A stretch of DNA of 63,541 bases, filler included, from Rhabdomonas costata (taxonomy: Eukaryota), in NCBI GenBank assembly GCA_019059605.1. It is 39 parts of 39 records of this genome, joined end to end, with 100 filler letters (N's around TTAATTAATTAA, not from the genome) between each part and the next. Parts side by side here need not be neighbours in the genome. Positions count along the whole stretch, not along the records: positions 24,475 to 26,007 come from JAHMHO010013643.1; positions 26,108 to 27,640 come from JAHMHO010013644.1; positions 27,741 to 29,271 come from JAHMHO010013645.1; positions 29,372 to 30,904 come from JAHMHO010013646.1; positions 31,005 to 32,536 come from JAHMHO010013647.1; positions 32,637 to 34,168 come from JAHMHO010013648.1; positions 34,269 to 35,800 come from JAHMHO010013649.1; positions 35,901 to 37,432 come from JAHMHO010013650.1; 31 more parts are not named here. One strand, given 5' to 3'. Positions within the stretch are counted from its first letter, which is position 1. Each line of letters opens with the position of its first letter. The position numbers and the translations under genes were made by a program. Shown here one piece after another: positions 25,444 to 37,110 of this stretch. A model generated the notes under the pieces. It made no database searches and had not been told where the DNA came from. It saw nothing but the letters and a program-made list of their open reading frames with translations.

Positions 25444-26869
25444 CTGTGGTCAAGCAAAAATGATAAAGAAACGGTCACGCGTCCACACATCACTGGACAA
25501 ACCCCGTGTCTGTGGTGTCTGCTTCATGGGCTTGCTCCCAGGGAACAAGGCAGCAATGAGTTCAGAGTTCTGTTCAGCGAAGAAAAAAAGGGGAGAAAAG
25601 GAGAAAAAGCGGGTTTGAAACCCAATTTTCTCCCGCAAACATGTTTGGCATAACTACAGAATCCCGCCCCACAGAGGAAAGAGAACATCACTGAAAACAA
25701 CAGCAATCCAGCAAAGCCAAAAAAGGATCAGAGTGTGCAGGCAAGTTAGGCAAGTAACCCTAACTCTAACAATAACCCAAAGGTTGCCCACTACGATAGC
25801 TGTCAACATCGCTCACAACTCCATAACCTTTCCAGAACCCTCTCAGCCTCTCCTCCTCATCGCACAAATCTTACAAGTCAAAAACCAAAAACATGACAAA
25901 TCTGCCTTCTTCTAATTGGATCCCAAGGGGCACGTGCATCGCAACCTAACCCCTACCCTTCTTCTAATGGAATCCAAATTGGGGCGGGATAATACAGTGC
26001 AGCCACANNNNNNNNNNNNNNNNNNNNNNNNNNNNNNNNNNNNNNNNNNNNTTAATTAATTAANNNNNNNNNNNNNNNNNNNNNNNNNNNNNNNNNNNNN
26101 NNNNNNNAACCAAAAAGAGGAAACCAAGTTGTTTTCTGGAAGTTCGGCCATTCCGATGGGAAAAAACGCGATGCAAAGGTCTGAGGAGATTAAAAAGAAA
26201 AAAAAGCTCAAAAATAACAAGCGCAACTCGAAAAAACATACAAACGCAGCACCTGAAGGCTAAATTCATCCTTTTTGCAACCCGTCTTACGGCAATTTCA
26301 ATGGGTTTTGACCATGTGTGTCATGGGTCATGTGTGTATTCCTATGCATGAGAGTCCGACCGCTATTTTGGCTTGGTCGCTGAGACGACCATTGATTGCC
26401 ATAACTTTCCTTTGCAACATGGTTCCCTCCTTCTGCTCTCTTCCTCTCACCTCGTTTTCCATTCTCTTCCACTGCTTTTGGCCGCTACAATTGCGTGATT
26501 CCTCCTGGACCTATGCAACTGTAACGTCCGGCAAAAGTACCAAGCAAAGGCTGCATTTGGTTCCAGAAGGAGACTCCCAAACCGGCCCAAGGAATCCCGA
26601 CCAAGGTAACCCAAGAAAACACAGCAAATACCAGCTTGTACTTCACACAGAGATGCATCAGAATCCACTCCTACGAAGCAAGAGCGGAACCTACCTGCAA
26701 CACAGAAAAAACAACCGCCAGAAACGGGACTATAGGGCTTCAATGCTCGGGACTTCCCCACTGTCAATGGGAAATGACCTACTCAATGAAGCTTGTGAGG
26801 GGGGGGGGGTAGAATTCACCCTTCTCGGACTACAAAGAATCGCGCACGCGCAGCCCCCGCCCGTGGTCA

Positions 26870-27385
26870 TCACAGAAGCTGGCAAAACGATACATTGTCG
26901 CGCAACCACGTGGGCGCGACCCACGCGAACAGAGCCAACATCTTAGCCGTGTACCCGCAGCGGTACCGTGTGGCAGGGCACCGGGACAGCACGGCGTGCT
27001 CCAGGTCGTCCAGCACCACACAGGGGTCATCCGCAACGTCCTCCAGCAGGGAGAACCTGTGCCGCACACACAAAACACAGAAAAGGAGCACTGCAGTGGG
27101 AGTGGCGGTGGGAAAGGGTAAACGCAAGAAAAAAAGGGTAAAAGAAAGCGAGAACACTATTCAAAGGAAACAGCAAAGGAGACAACACCTGACCTCCAAC
27201 AATGAGCCATCCGAGCGAAATGGAAGAGCCAAGGCACGCAAAAACCTCGCCTTTGCTTCCGCAAGAAAGTCCGCCGGGAAGTCTCGCCGGACCTCTTCCG
27301 GGGCGGCTTCAAACAGCCGCAGTGCAATCCTGCTGCACTCCTCCACCATCGGGGTGCGCGTGAAGAACGGTTCGACAATGCAAAC
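26870..27385 (-). CDS. Short-chain dehydrogenase/reductase (retinol DH/HSD-like), C-terminal exons
   Basis: Exons 27385..27246 and 27056..26870 (phase-2 GT-AG): VCIVEPFFTRTPM...APEEVRRDF...DPCVVLDDLEHAVLSRCPATRYRCGYTAK...PTWLRD, typical of SDR9C-type C-termini. Confidence 0.75.
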
Positions 27386-27740
27386 CTTTGAATAGCCCAA
27401 TTCAAAAAGCGTAGGCAAAGAAGGGCCTCCGACACATCGAAGGCAAACCCCAGGCTGGGCAACCCGTGGTTGCAAAGCCCAGGCCTCTAACGTCCACCTC
27501 GCAATGGAGTTGTGGTGCACATTGCTTGGTGTTCAGCGAACTAGAAACATGACAGAACGGAAAGGAGGTGCCCCAAAAGGTGGAGACCTTCACAACGGCA
27601 AACATGACATGACCAGCTCTGCGATGACGCCCCAAAAAACNNNNNNNNNNNNNNNNNNNNNNNNNNNNNNNNNNNNNNNNNNNNTTAATTAATTAANNNN
27701 NNNNNNNNNNNNNNNNNNNNNNNNNNNNNNNNNNNNNNNN

Positions 27741-29271
27741 TTTCGGGACCTGCTCTGGCCGGAAGTTCTTGTCCCTAATGTATGGCATGATCTTCTCAAT
27801 GGTGGACTCCTTGATGTTCTCCTTGTCATACGCTATCAGGCGGCCGCGGAACTGCTCCGTGTCCGCCATGACCTTCTTCTTCGCAACCTGTGCATTCAAG
27901 TTTTGAAGAAGCGGATGAATCCGAGACGCAAGCACGAGTAACGTGGAAAGCAAAACAGAAGATCATCCCCGCCCTCGTAACATCATGACGGATGTTTTGT
28001 GTGAAGCCTAATCAGGGAAGGTACCCCTTAACTGTAAATACTGAGGCAACACCAATTATTCTATGCACCAGACGGGAAACCTGATCGAGATGAAATAGTG
28101 TTACACCAGTGAAGAAATACGCTGTTGAAAGCAAAGTGAAAAAGAATGAAGCCAGGTATAGTAATGCAACGAAACACGTGGAAAACGAGAAAGACAGTAT
28201 AAAAAGGTGCCCCAACCACCCCAGACGTCCTAGGTGCACCTCCCAGTAGTCGAACGTGGCCTTGCCGTTGGCATCGAGCACCCTCTTGGGGTTCTCCTCC
28301 AGGCACACGCACACGGCCTCGATGACGCGCTTGATCTTGTCTGAGGGCGCGGCCATACTGCGGATCTCAGTCAGCTCCTTCTTGCTAATGTCACTGACCG
28401 CCTTCTCCGCGGCCATCAGCGCAGGCATCGCCTCGGAGAGCTGCACCTGAACATCGGGGCACACCCCACGGACACACCACCCACTACCAGTACCACTGCC
28501 GCAAATAAAGATATACAAGGAGTAGTCTTTGGTAAAGTTGTGGAAGCACCGAAACCCCACTCATAACCTTCAGAAACGCGAGGAAAATAAGGGGGCGACA
28601 ACAGTGGGACCGATTGCATCCACATCCATCTTCCGACTCCTGCGCAGCACACCTCGCACTCGTCGCGGATAACCTTGCTCGCCGCCGCCTTCTTGTTGCA
28701 TGCCGCCTCCTCCACTGCGACCACGGCGCGGGTCTTCTCGGCCTCTGTGCTCTCGCTCTCGATCGTAGCAATGAGTTCTTCCGTATCCTTCGCAGTCTTC
28801 AGGAGATTGGGCTTGAGTTGCTCCAAGGTACGCGTCATCGCCTCCACTTCCTCCTCGGTGCGGTAGAGCTGCTGCAACCCGCTGTCGTAACGGTGCTTCA
28901 GGGCGCTGATCTGAGAGAATGGCAAAGACAGGGAGTGGGGTTTGATAGGGCTCACATGAGATGAATCATGGCCGCATGACAGCTGCCAAATTCAACCATG
29001 TGTTCCCGGGATATAACAACTCAGTGTCTCAAAGATATCAGCTTTTTTTTTGAACTTTCCTAGCGCATCGGTGCACCTTTGTTGGAAGTGGATGCTTGGG
29101 GAAAAGACGGCAGACAGAAGAAAGTCAAAGGAAGGAGACGGTGTAGCGCAACAGATCGAAGAGAGTCAGTTCGTAATTGTTTTTTGGGACTCCTCGCTGT
29201 TTGGCCAATGTCAACGCCAGCGCCAACCTCGGTGCGCTTCTTGTTCAGCAAGGTCTTGAAGGTGGTGATCA
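27741..29271 (-). CDS. Axonemal dynein heavy chain, stalk CC1/microtubule-binding region, four exons
   Basis: Exons 29271..29228, 28910..28653, 28446..28240 and 27887..27741, all phase-0 GT-AG: ITTFKTLLNKKRTE|ISALKHRYDSGLQQL...DECE|VQLSEAMPALMAAEKAVSDISKKELTEIRSMAAPSDKIKRVIEAVCVCL...DYWE|VAKKKVMADTEQFRGRLIAYDKENI. Confidence 0.95.
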
Positions 29272-29377
29272 NNNNNNNNNNNNNNNNNNNNNNNNNNNNN
29301 NNNNNNNNNNNNNNNTTAATTAATTAANNNNNNNNNNNNNNNNNNNNNNNNNNNNNNNNNNNNNNNNNNNNGTTGTG

Positions 29378-29637
29378 TTTGTTTCAAAAACCTTCAAATT
29401 CACCTTTTATTGGGCCTTTTTTTTTTGGAAAGTCAGAAACTTGTGGTCAAGTCAGCTTCAGAGCAAAGTTTGCGGTTTGTGATAAAGGGGTTTTCATACA
29501 AAAACTTTGGTTTTAAAACGGATTTTGCTGGGACTTTTTGCCCACAGAAACGAGATGATAGTGTGCAACCAAGTTTGATGACTTTCCAAAAAAAAAAAGG
29601 CCCAATAAAAGGTGAATTTGAAGGTTTTTGAAACAAA
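29378..29637. repeat. Long inverted repeat at contig start (arms 29378-29435 and 29579-29637)
   Basis: Arms are reverse complements except for a T10/A11 homopolymer difference. Confidence 0.9.
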
Positions 29638-31004
29638 TACAACTCAGACAAAGTTGAACAGGGCATGTCCGCACAAACGGGGAGCCAAGAATACGGTCGG
29701 GATGGCCCATCCCGCCATTTACATGTTCACCTCGCCCCCCCCCCCCCCACTCCGAAAGCAACTGTGTACATGAAGCGAATGGCGAATGCGCTCGTGCATG
29801 GATGTGAGAAATGGATGTGAGAAACACGGCACCTGTTTCAAGTTAGTCAACGAGGACAAGCGGTTGCGTTTGCAAACACGACAGAAGCAATTCAATAATC
29901 AGCTCAATAACAGACTGCGAAATTGAGGTGAACAAAGCAAATGCAACAGGCTGACATACAAGGGGCCAGTTCAACTTCAAGAAGGGAACGCGGAAGCAAG
30001 TGCGGTGTGTCGCAACTTTAAACCAACTGCGTTCAACAAAGAAACTCGCAATGCCAGTTTCAATGCACCACCGAACCCAAGCCCACAACCCAGCGCAAGC
30101 ACCACGAAACCCACGCAAGGCCCCACCAGCACCCAAACCGCACGTACACCCAAAGAAGAAGCACCCACCGCAGCGAAGGAACAGCACACAACGGAACCTG
30201 CAACCCAACACCCCACCCAGAACTCCCACCCACGACACCGTAACCCCACACGCAAGGAACACCAGCAGCAGTTTAAGAACGAGAAGTGTTTTTGTACCAA
30301 TCCAGTCTTGTAAGTTCATATATTTTGTGTTTATAGTCGTTTTGTTTCCCTTCCCATCTTTTCGTTCCTCCTTGTACACTGTTTGTTGCCGAACCAGGAA
30401 ACCGGTTCATTTTCTTTTTGTTTATAGTCGTTTGTTTCTCTTAGTTTTCCCCTGCAGATCTTTTCTCGAGTTCCTTCTTACAAACGCGCTCTCACGCGCA
30501 CCCAATACTTTCGGCAAATGGCCACCTTTGGGCTGGGGCGCATCCCACCCTCTCTCTCTCACTCTCTCTTTCACCTTTTCCCCGATAGACATCTCGTTCT
30601 GCCTGGAGCAGTCCTTCCTCACCCTGGGTTACCCCCCTCGACCCAGTACCACCCGCCTTTTTCTCTCGTCATGGGCCCACCTTTCCCTTGCAGGTGTGCT
30701 GCCCGTTTCGCCCAGCGCTCCCACAGGTCCGCCCTTTCCGGCCTTGGCCACCTGCCTCCTTCCGAACCACCCAGCATTCTCACTTTCACGTTCCTCCTCC
30801 GAATCTTCGAGCTCCGCAGTCTCATGCCAACTGACCTCTCCCTCACCCATCTCCGAATTAAGCCTGCCAAAAGTCAGACGCAACAAGTTTGGCGACAACC
30901 ACCCNNNNNNNNNNNNNNNNNNNNNNNNNNNNNNNNNNNNNNNNNNNNTTAATTAATTAANNNNNNNNNNNNNNNNNNNNNNNNNNNNNNNNNNNNNNNN
31001 NNNN

Positions 31005-32536
31005 TGACTAAGTGGTGGCTGCAGTGCAGGAATGCTTCGGGTGTCCACTTCAGCCTGGGGCGGTGCTCACAAGAGTCTCTCAGCCACTGCCGCTCTTCGT
31101 CCAGAAGAAGTGCAGCGTGTTCCTGGGTCGGCAAGGCCTGACACACGGTGCAGCTCGAGAACTGCTTTCCGGCAAGAAGAGTCCCCTCTCTGCAGCTGGG
31201 GCACACGAAGACCCTCATATCGTCCGACGCTGCCGTGCACCGGAGGCAGCAACAGATAAACCCATAGTGTGTCTGCAGCCATGCCTGGCGCTGTTCTGTG
31301 GGCCACCGGCGCGGGCAGTAGCACAGCGAGAGCTGGCCAGCAGGGGGGATGGCTGAAATGGAGCGAAGCGTGAGCTTCACGGCGCCACCACGGGGATCGT
31401 CTTCGGTGAAGAAAAAGCAGTTTGGGCTGCACTGATGTTGAATCAGCGAACTTGTGAGGAAAAGTGCGAGACCATCGGAAGTGCACATCGCGTTGGTGTG
31501 CAGCACAGCGGCCATCCTGCTCAGCAGGAATAGGGGGACCTGACGCTGAGAGGACTCAGGCAACGCACGGTGCAGGCCCTGCAGCTTGGAGTCAAGCGCA
31601 CGCAGCTCCTGCGAGAAATTCGCGCAAAGCGCGCAAGCCGCAAGCTCCACCACGCCAGGCTGCCATCCTCCACAAGGATCGCCGCGTGCAGCAATCTCGG
31701 CCAAGTACTTAAGCTGGAGGAAGAAACCGGAGAGAAAACAAATCCTGCATCCTGTCAGTTTTCCACGTGCAGCGGACGGGCGTTCCCTGGCCCTGGAGGC
31801 TGTGTCGCTGCACCGGTCTATTCACACAGGAGTCCCCAAACAAATGCAGTTCCAAAATATGCTACTTCGCTTTGTGCATCTGGAACCCATACCCATGGGG
31901 CGGGTGGCACAACTTGGTTTGTTGTGTGGTGAGTGTGCTCCCAATCCCATCGGCGTCCATCGTGCGAGTACCCACGAAGCGCGCGTAAAAGCGAAGGACA
32001 CCTTCACTTTTCCAAACTCTTCATTGGTGCCTGGTTCCATCCATCCTCTTACCTTCTTGCTGTCCCAACCAAAAAATATGACGAAATATTTTCCAAGTTA
32101 ATCAACTGCGGAGTCAAATGTCCAAATCGTGATCAATGAATGACGCTTTCTGTGGTGGTTGCTCTTTCGTCTCGCCCGAGGCAAAACAATGAGACCCATG
32201 CGGACGACTTCAGTGGAAACAAATGTGCAACCGCTTTGGATCGTACGAAAAGACGATCTGGGTTGAAACACATCAAACAGGACATGGACCTGTTGTGAAA
32301 GTGAAACTTATCGTCCTCTGTAAAAAAAAAACGCACACCACAAACTGCAGAAGCAGGGCTAGAGACAGGTTGTCCTCATCATCCTTAGACAGAAGAAGGG
32401 CACCCCCCAGGAGTTCCCCGGCCTGGGATTGCTGGGGACACCCCGCTGAGCGGTGAACAGCTGTCTTTCCGCACAGAGAACAGCAAGATCGACCCACGCA
32501 TAGCACAGCACTCACCAGACATCTCTGATGCCCAAC
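31005..32536 (-). CDS. SMYD-like SET-domain lysine methyltransferase, partial
   Basis: Exons ~32536..32342 and 31713..31005. Contains LHTNA...GLALFLTSSLIQHQCSPNC...LRSISAIPPAGQLSLCY...RQAWLQTHYGFICCCLRC, i.e. SET motifs plus the post-SET CxCxxC. Confidence 0.85.
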
Positions 32537-33633
32537 NNNNNNNNNNNNNNNNNNNNNNNNNNNNNNNNNNNNNNNNNNNNTTAATTAATTAANNNNNNNN
32601 NNNNNNNNNNNNNNNNNNNNNNNNNNNNNNNNNNNNGTGTGGGTGTGTACCCCTGTCAACTTAGCCCCGCCCTTCTCAGTGTGTTCTTGCGCTTTGCTCT
32701 GACCTCTCTCTGTCCGCCCCACCGGAGTGCTTACCGAAGAGACTCACACGCTTTTCGGGGAGAATCCACTCCGCTGTACAGAGTTACCATCGCATTGTCC
32801 ATGGAACTAAGGCTTTCTGCGTGCTCTTATGACTGAGCTCTTTTCCCACGGAAGGTGATGAAGCGAACTCAAAATCTTTTTACATTCAGAATGCAGCCCC
32901 GTCGTTTGGAAACTCGTTTCAAAGACGCACACGGCAAAGGTGGGGTGGATTGCCAGTATGTCTTGTGAAGTTGCTTGCTTGAGCCAAATCTCTACATTGA
33001 ATGAATGGCACCGCAGGTTTATCCTTTTTGAATGTGGTCATGAATCTTAAAAAAAAGAATCACAGGTTCTGGCCTGGCTTTCGGCACCACACCACAATGC
33101 AGAATCGCAAATTCCGCATGGGCATTTCTTCGGGCTTGATGCACCGATTTATGGGGAACCTCTGATTTGGAGGGGTCTGCCAGGGTTCCAGTTTTCGATG
33201 GTTCTTTATGAATTGCTCCCCCATGCAGAAGAGCATTGCCCCCTCCACTTCCTTTGAACCATTCAGACGCCAGGTGGAGCAGCATCAGGTAGTTGCCAGA
33301 TTGCAGCTTTCACAGTTCACTTCCACCCTGTGAGGAACAGTCTTGCGCGCCTGCGTACTGTGCAGGTTGCTTGTTTCACTGGGGACTTTTGCCTTTTCGT
33401 CTGGGATCTTTGGCTGGGAAAGCCTTTCGCTAAAAAAGCCGAGTGGGCCAAAATCGCTGCAAAATAATGGATAATAAATATCCCTCAACAATCGGCAAGG
33501 GAATCTCCATGGGGAGGACAGTTCTCTGCTGTTCTTTTACAGACCATTTGCAGCTTCTGGTGAGTGTGTACTGTAGTTTACCCATCTTAGTTTATATTGT
33601 TTTGTTTTACACCACGCGTCAACATCTGCTGAA

Positions 33634-34147
33634 ATGCCGTCCAAGTCCGAGGAAGTGCATGCGGATGCCGTCACGGACCTTCTGTCCACTCCTCAGGACA
33701 GAGCTCAGCAGCGGCGGGCTGTCATTCTGGACCAATTTCTCAACAAATTTGCCACTGTGCATAGATTGCGACACTACCCTGAGGATCCAAACTTCTGCCC
33801 TGTGCGCGCCTCGCACAAAGTTGCGGAGGCTCTGTCTGTGATCACTCACTCCTGGCCTTTGCTTCGGCTGCGGATCTCCATTCTGATCAACAGTGCGCGG
33901 CGAGTGCAGCGGTGCTTCCGGAGGTTTCTGAGTCTCCGAGACACCGTTCTCGCGGAGGTTGGTGCCCCATGCTTTTTGTCTCCATTTTTTCGTGTCGATC
34001 TTGCATCGCAGTGCAAAATCACAGACACGAAAAGGGTTTTCGTTTTATGCTGTGACGCTTGCGTTGTGTTCAGGCTCTTGCGCGGCTGTCTCTTGCCGCT
34101 GAGACGGCTCTCAAGACGTTGAAGAGCCAGGCCTACAAGGATTGCAA
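33634..34147 (+). CDS. IQ-motif-containing protein, 5' exons
   Basis: Exons 33634..33957 and 34074..34147 (phase-0 GT-AG). IQ-like SARRVQRCFRRFL. Confidence 0.6.
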
Positions 34148-34271
34148 GTATGGACCCCTCCCCATTCANNNNNNNNNNNNNNNNNNNNNNNNNNNNNNNN
34201 NNNNNNNNNNNNTTAATTAATTAANNNNNNNNNNNNNNNNNNNNNNNNNNNNNNNNNNNNNNNNNNNNGTG

Positions 34272-34407
34272 TTTGCAAGCATTGCTTCGACCCCCCTCCC
34301 CTTCCCATCAGAGCTTTTCTGGGTTTTGGACGTTGTGCGAACGACACATCCAAAACCCAGAAAAGCTCTGATGGGAAGGGGAGGGGGGTCGAAGCAATGC
34401 TTGCAAA
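34272..34407. repeat. Perfect 59-bp inverted repeat with 18-nt loop at contig start
   Basis: 34272-34330 is the exact reverse complement of 34349-34407. Confidence 0.92.
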
Positions 34408-35137
34408 TTCCTATCAAAAGGAACCTGAGCAGAGAAAAGAGAAAAAACCAATGATCACAACTATGGGGACCCCGTTCATTTGTGTACTACTAATCCTCTA
34501 GAAAAAAGGTTAATAAAAATGTCGTATTCACGGCATTTCTTGTGCTGTCTCCCACCTCTGTTACACTCCATTAAAAGGTACTCGCAGCGATTCAGAAAAT
34601 TTAATGGAGGCATTTAATGAAGAACACATCCGCACCTTCCAAACATCGTGTAATTCTATTCGGATGTGTTCGCCCCACTCTTCGCACCCATAACACCACC
34701 AAAACACGAAATCAAACTATGTCCATTAGGGTCTCCACTATACAGAAACGTATTCACGCGAAGGCCAAGATATTTAGCACTGCTCGGTTTCAGCAATAGA
34801 GAAATGCCCGTTAATCCAAGCCTCAAACTTTCCGCGCTTGATGGAATCTGCTTACAAGAGAATCGGTCCATTTCTTGGCAAGCCAAGAGAAATGAACCCA
34901 TTCCGTGTCATATGTCCTTCTTCTATTTCAGCACGCAAAGCTTTTCTACTCTCCAGAGAATGGCTGAAAGATTTCTGCTTCAAAACCGAATCAAGCAGCT
35001 GAGTCGACTTCCGAGGGTGGATTTCCACACCGGAATCCAGCTCACGTTTGAAGCTCTTTCTGACCAAGACCTTGCTCTTGACTGCATGGCTCGCAATTGT
35101 CGATAAGACCGAAACAGTGGAGTTTACCTTCTCCAAG

Positions 35138-35566
35138 ATTATTCTGAACAGGAGCAAAGCTCGCAAAACCAGTGCCAAGAAGAACATCTCGAAGATGTTA
35201 TGGACCACAGTGGAAACCCCTGCGCAGTCTTCATGAACGAGGAGCAGGGCGGGAACTGGGGAACGCACTGCAAGCCCGCTTTTCAAGAAGGAACCGGTAA
35301 GCATCTGTTTACGAGTTCATTTCTTATAAAAGAATGATTTTTAGTGAGATAATATTACCCTTTGTTTAAAAAAAATTGCGACCTGTTCCTCAGGACTCGT
35401 CACCAAGTTCATCGGTTCCGAAATATGGCCGGCGTCTCAGCGGGAAGTCGTCTACGTCGGCTCCGATATGCGGGTGACTCTCGCAGAGTTCATCGGCAAG
35501 CAATACAATCCTTTTGTGCACTTCGAGGCGGCTGTGAAGAAAGGCCTTAATGCCGTGCACGTCTGA
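35138..35566 (+). CDS. Hypothetical protein, last two exons
   Basis: ...HCKPAFQEGT G|gtaagc (35296) joins cag|GA (35394) to give GLVTKFIGSEIWPASQREVVYVGSDMRVTLAEFIGKQYNPFVHFEAAVKKGLNAVHV*. The 5' boundary is uncertain. Confidence 0.4.
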
Positions 35567-35900
35567 TCCACCATTTGAGTCACCTGGGGATACACAGAGA
35601 ATGAACGCTTTTCTAAATGATTTCTTGGCCGCTTTGCGAAGGCGACATCTCTGGAGATGAAGTTCTTGTTACATACCCAATCCGCATTGGGTTTTTGTTC
35701 TGCCGCCCTCAAGGTCGAGCAGGACAGGGGTAACGTCACGAGGTGAGCATTGAAAAAACTGCTAAAAATGCCCTCCAATTTCACCAGACTGACACACACA
35801 NNNNNNNNNNNNNNNNNNNNNNNNNNNNNNNNNNNNNNNNNNNNTTAATTAATTAANNNNNNNNNNNNNNNNNNNNNNNNNNNNNNNNNNNNNNNNNNNN

Positions 35901-37110
35901 GTTGGGGTGGGGGTTGCAGTACACGCCCGCGGAGCAGCAGTACTACAGCGGTGCACGTGACTACAGTGCGGGTGGCCAGGTGTGTGCATGGGTGTGTGCC
36001 CTCCTTTGCGGATAGGGTGGACTCTTTCTCGTCGCCCATTGCGTGAGTGAGCCCGCAAGATCTTAGAGAGGATAAGGTCACTGGGGGGCGACAGAAACGG
36101 TGTTTTTGCCCCCCCCCCCTCAAGTCTGAAACCTGCACTTTTCGTGCGAACCCCTCTTGCTGCTCTTCTCTTTTCAACTCAAGCTTCACTTGAACTTCCC
36201 TTTTCTCCTGGGTGTGCTCCTCTGCAGTCCACAGGGATCCTCCGGCATCCAGGGATGACACCCCCGCCGACGACCTCGGTGTGGGGGATGCAGTACACCG
36301 CAGCCGAGCAGGCCCGGTACAGCGGGGCCCACGACTACAGCCAAGGCGGCCTGTCTCAGGTGTTTCCGTGACGCTTCGTGTCTGCAAAGGGCCGAAGAAA
36401 TTCACCCCCCCACCACCACCCAAAAAGCGGGGACACGGTCGTTCACGGCTGCTCACCAAAGCCATCTCTCCTCAGCCCTCCCAGGATCCACTTTCACGAA
36501 TCTATGCGTTGCCCCACCCTGCCTTTTCTTCATTCTCGATGCCCCCATTGGTTTTATTTGTCTCTGTCGCCCTCAGTTTCCCACAGTGCATGCCGGAAAA
36601 TCAATCCAAGCTGCCCATGCATGACTTTGATCCCTCTCATCATCGTGGCTTCTCGCCGTTTTTCCCGTCTTGACCGATGCACTGCTTCTCCACACCCCCA
36701 CCCCGCCCTATGTAAGTTGATCATTTCTCTGCTTCCAGCTTCGTACGCCTTTCCCCTCCCTTGCGTGCCCATTGTTGTTGGCAGCTTATCCTGCTCTGCG
36801 TGTTACCTCAGATGCCCCCCGCTTCCCTCTTCTCCCTGTACTTTTTTTTTACTTTGTTCTGGCTATTTTCGGCGGGATCGATATTTTATGCTGAATGGTG
36901 TCGTGGACGTTGATCTGTTCTCTATCGGCTATCGGCAACTTTTCTGCGGTCGTGATCTGTTTTGTGGTCCTTCTCTATTTTGGGGTGGTTGCCCAGGGAC
37001 TGGGGTCTGGCCCCTACCTCCCCTTCCCGACAAAGTCGGTGTGGGGTATGGAGTACACTGCGGCGGAGCAGAAGAAGTTCAGCGGTGCATACGACTATCG
37101 CACTCAGCCG
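35901..37110 (+). CDS. Repeat protein with one repeat unit per phase-0 exon
   Basis: Exons 35901..35979 (WGLQYTPAEQQYYSGARDYSAGGQ), 36228..36359 (STGILRHPGMTPPPTTSVWGMQYTAAEQARYSGAHDYSQGGLSQ) and 36997..37110 (GLGSGPYLPFPTKSVWGMEYTAAEQKKFSGAYDYRTQP), all with GT-AG borders. Confidence 0.8.

Noticed and set aside
25754-25778. Telomere-like TAACCC repeats
   Set aside because: Only three to four degenerate internal units, too short to call.
30000-30904. 318-aa ORF
   Set aside because: It runs through A/C-rich and then C/T-rich low-complexity sequence with no recognisable domain, so it is likely spurious or a degraded repeat.
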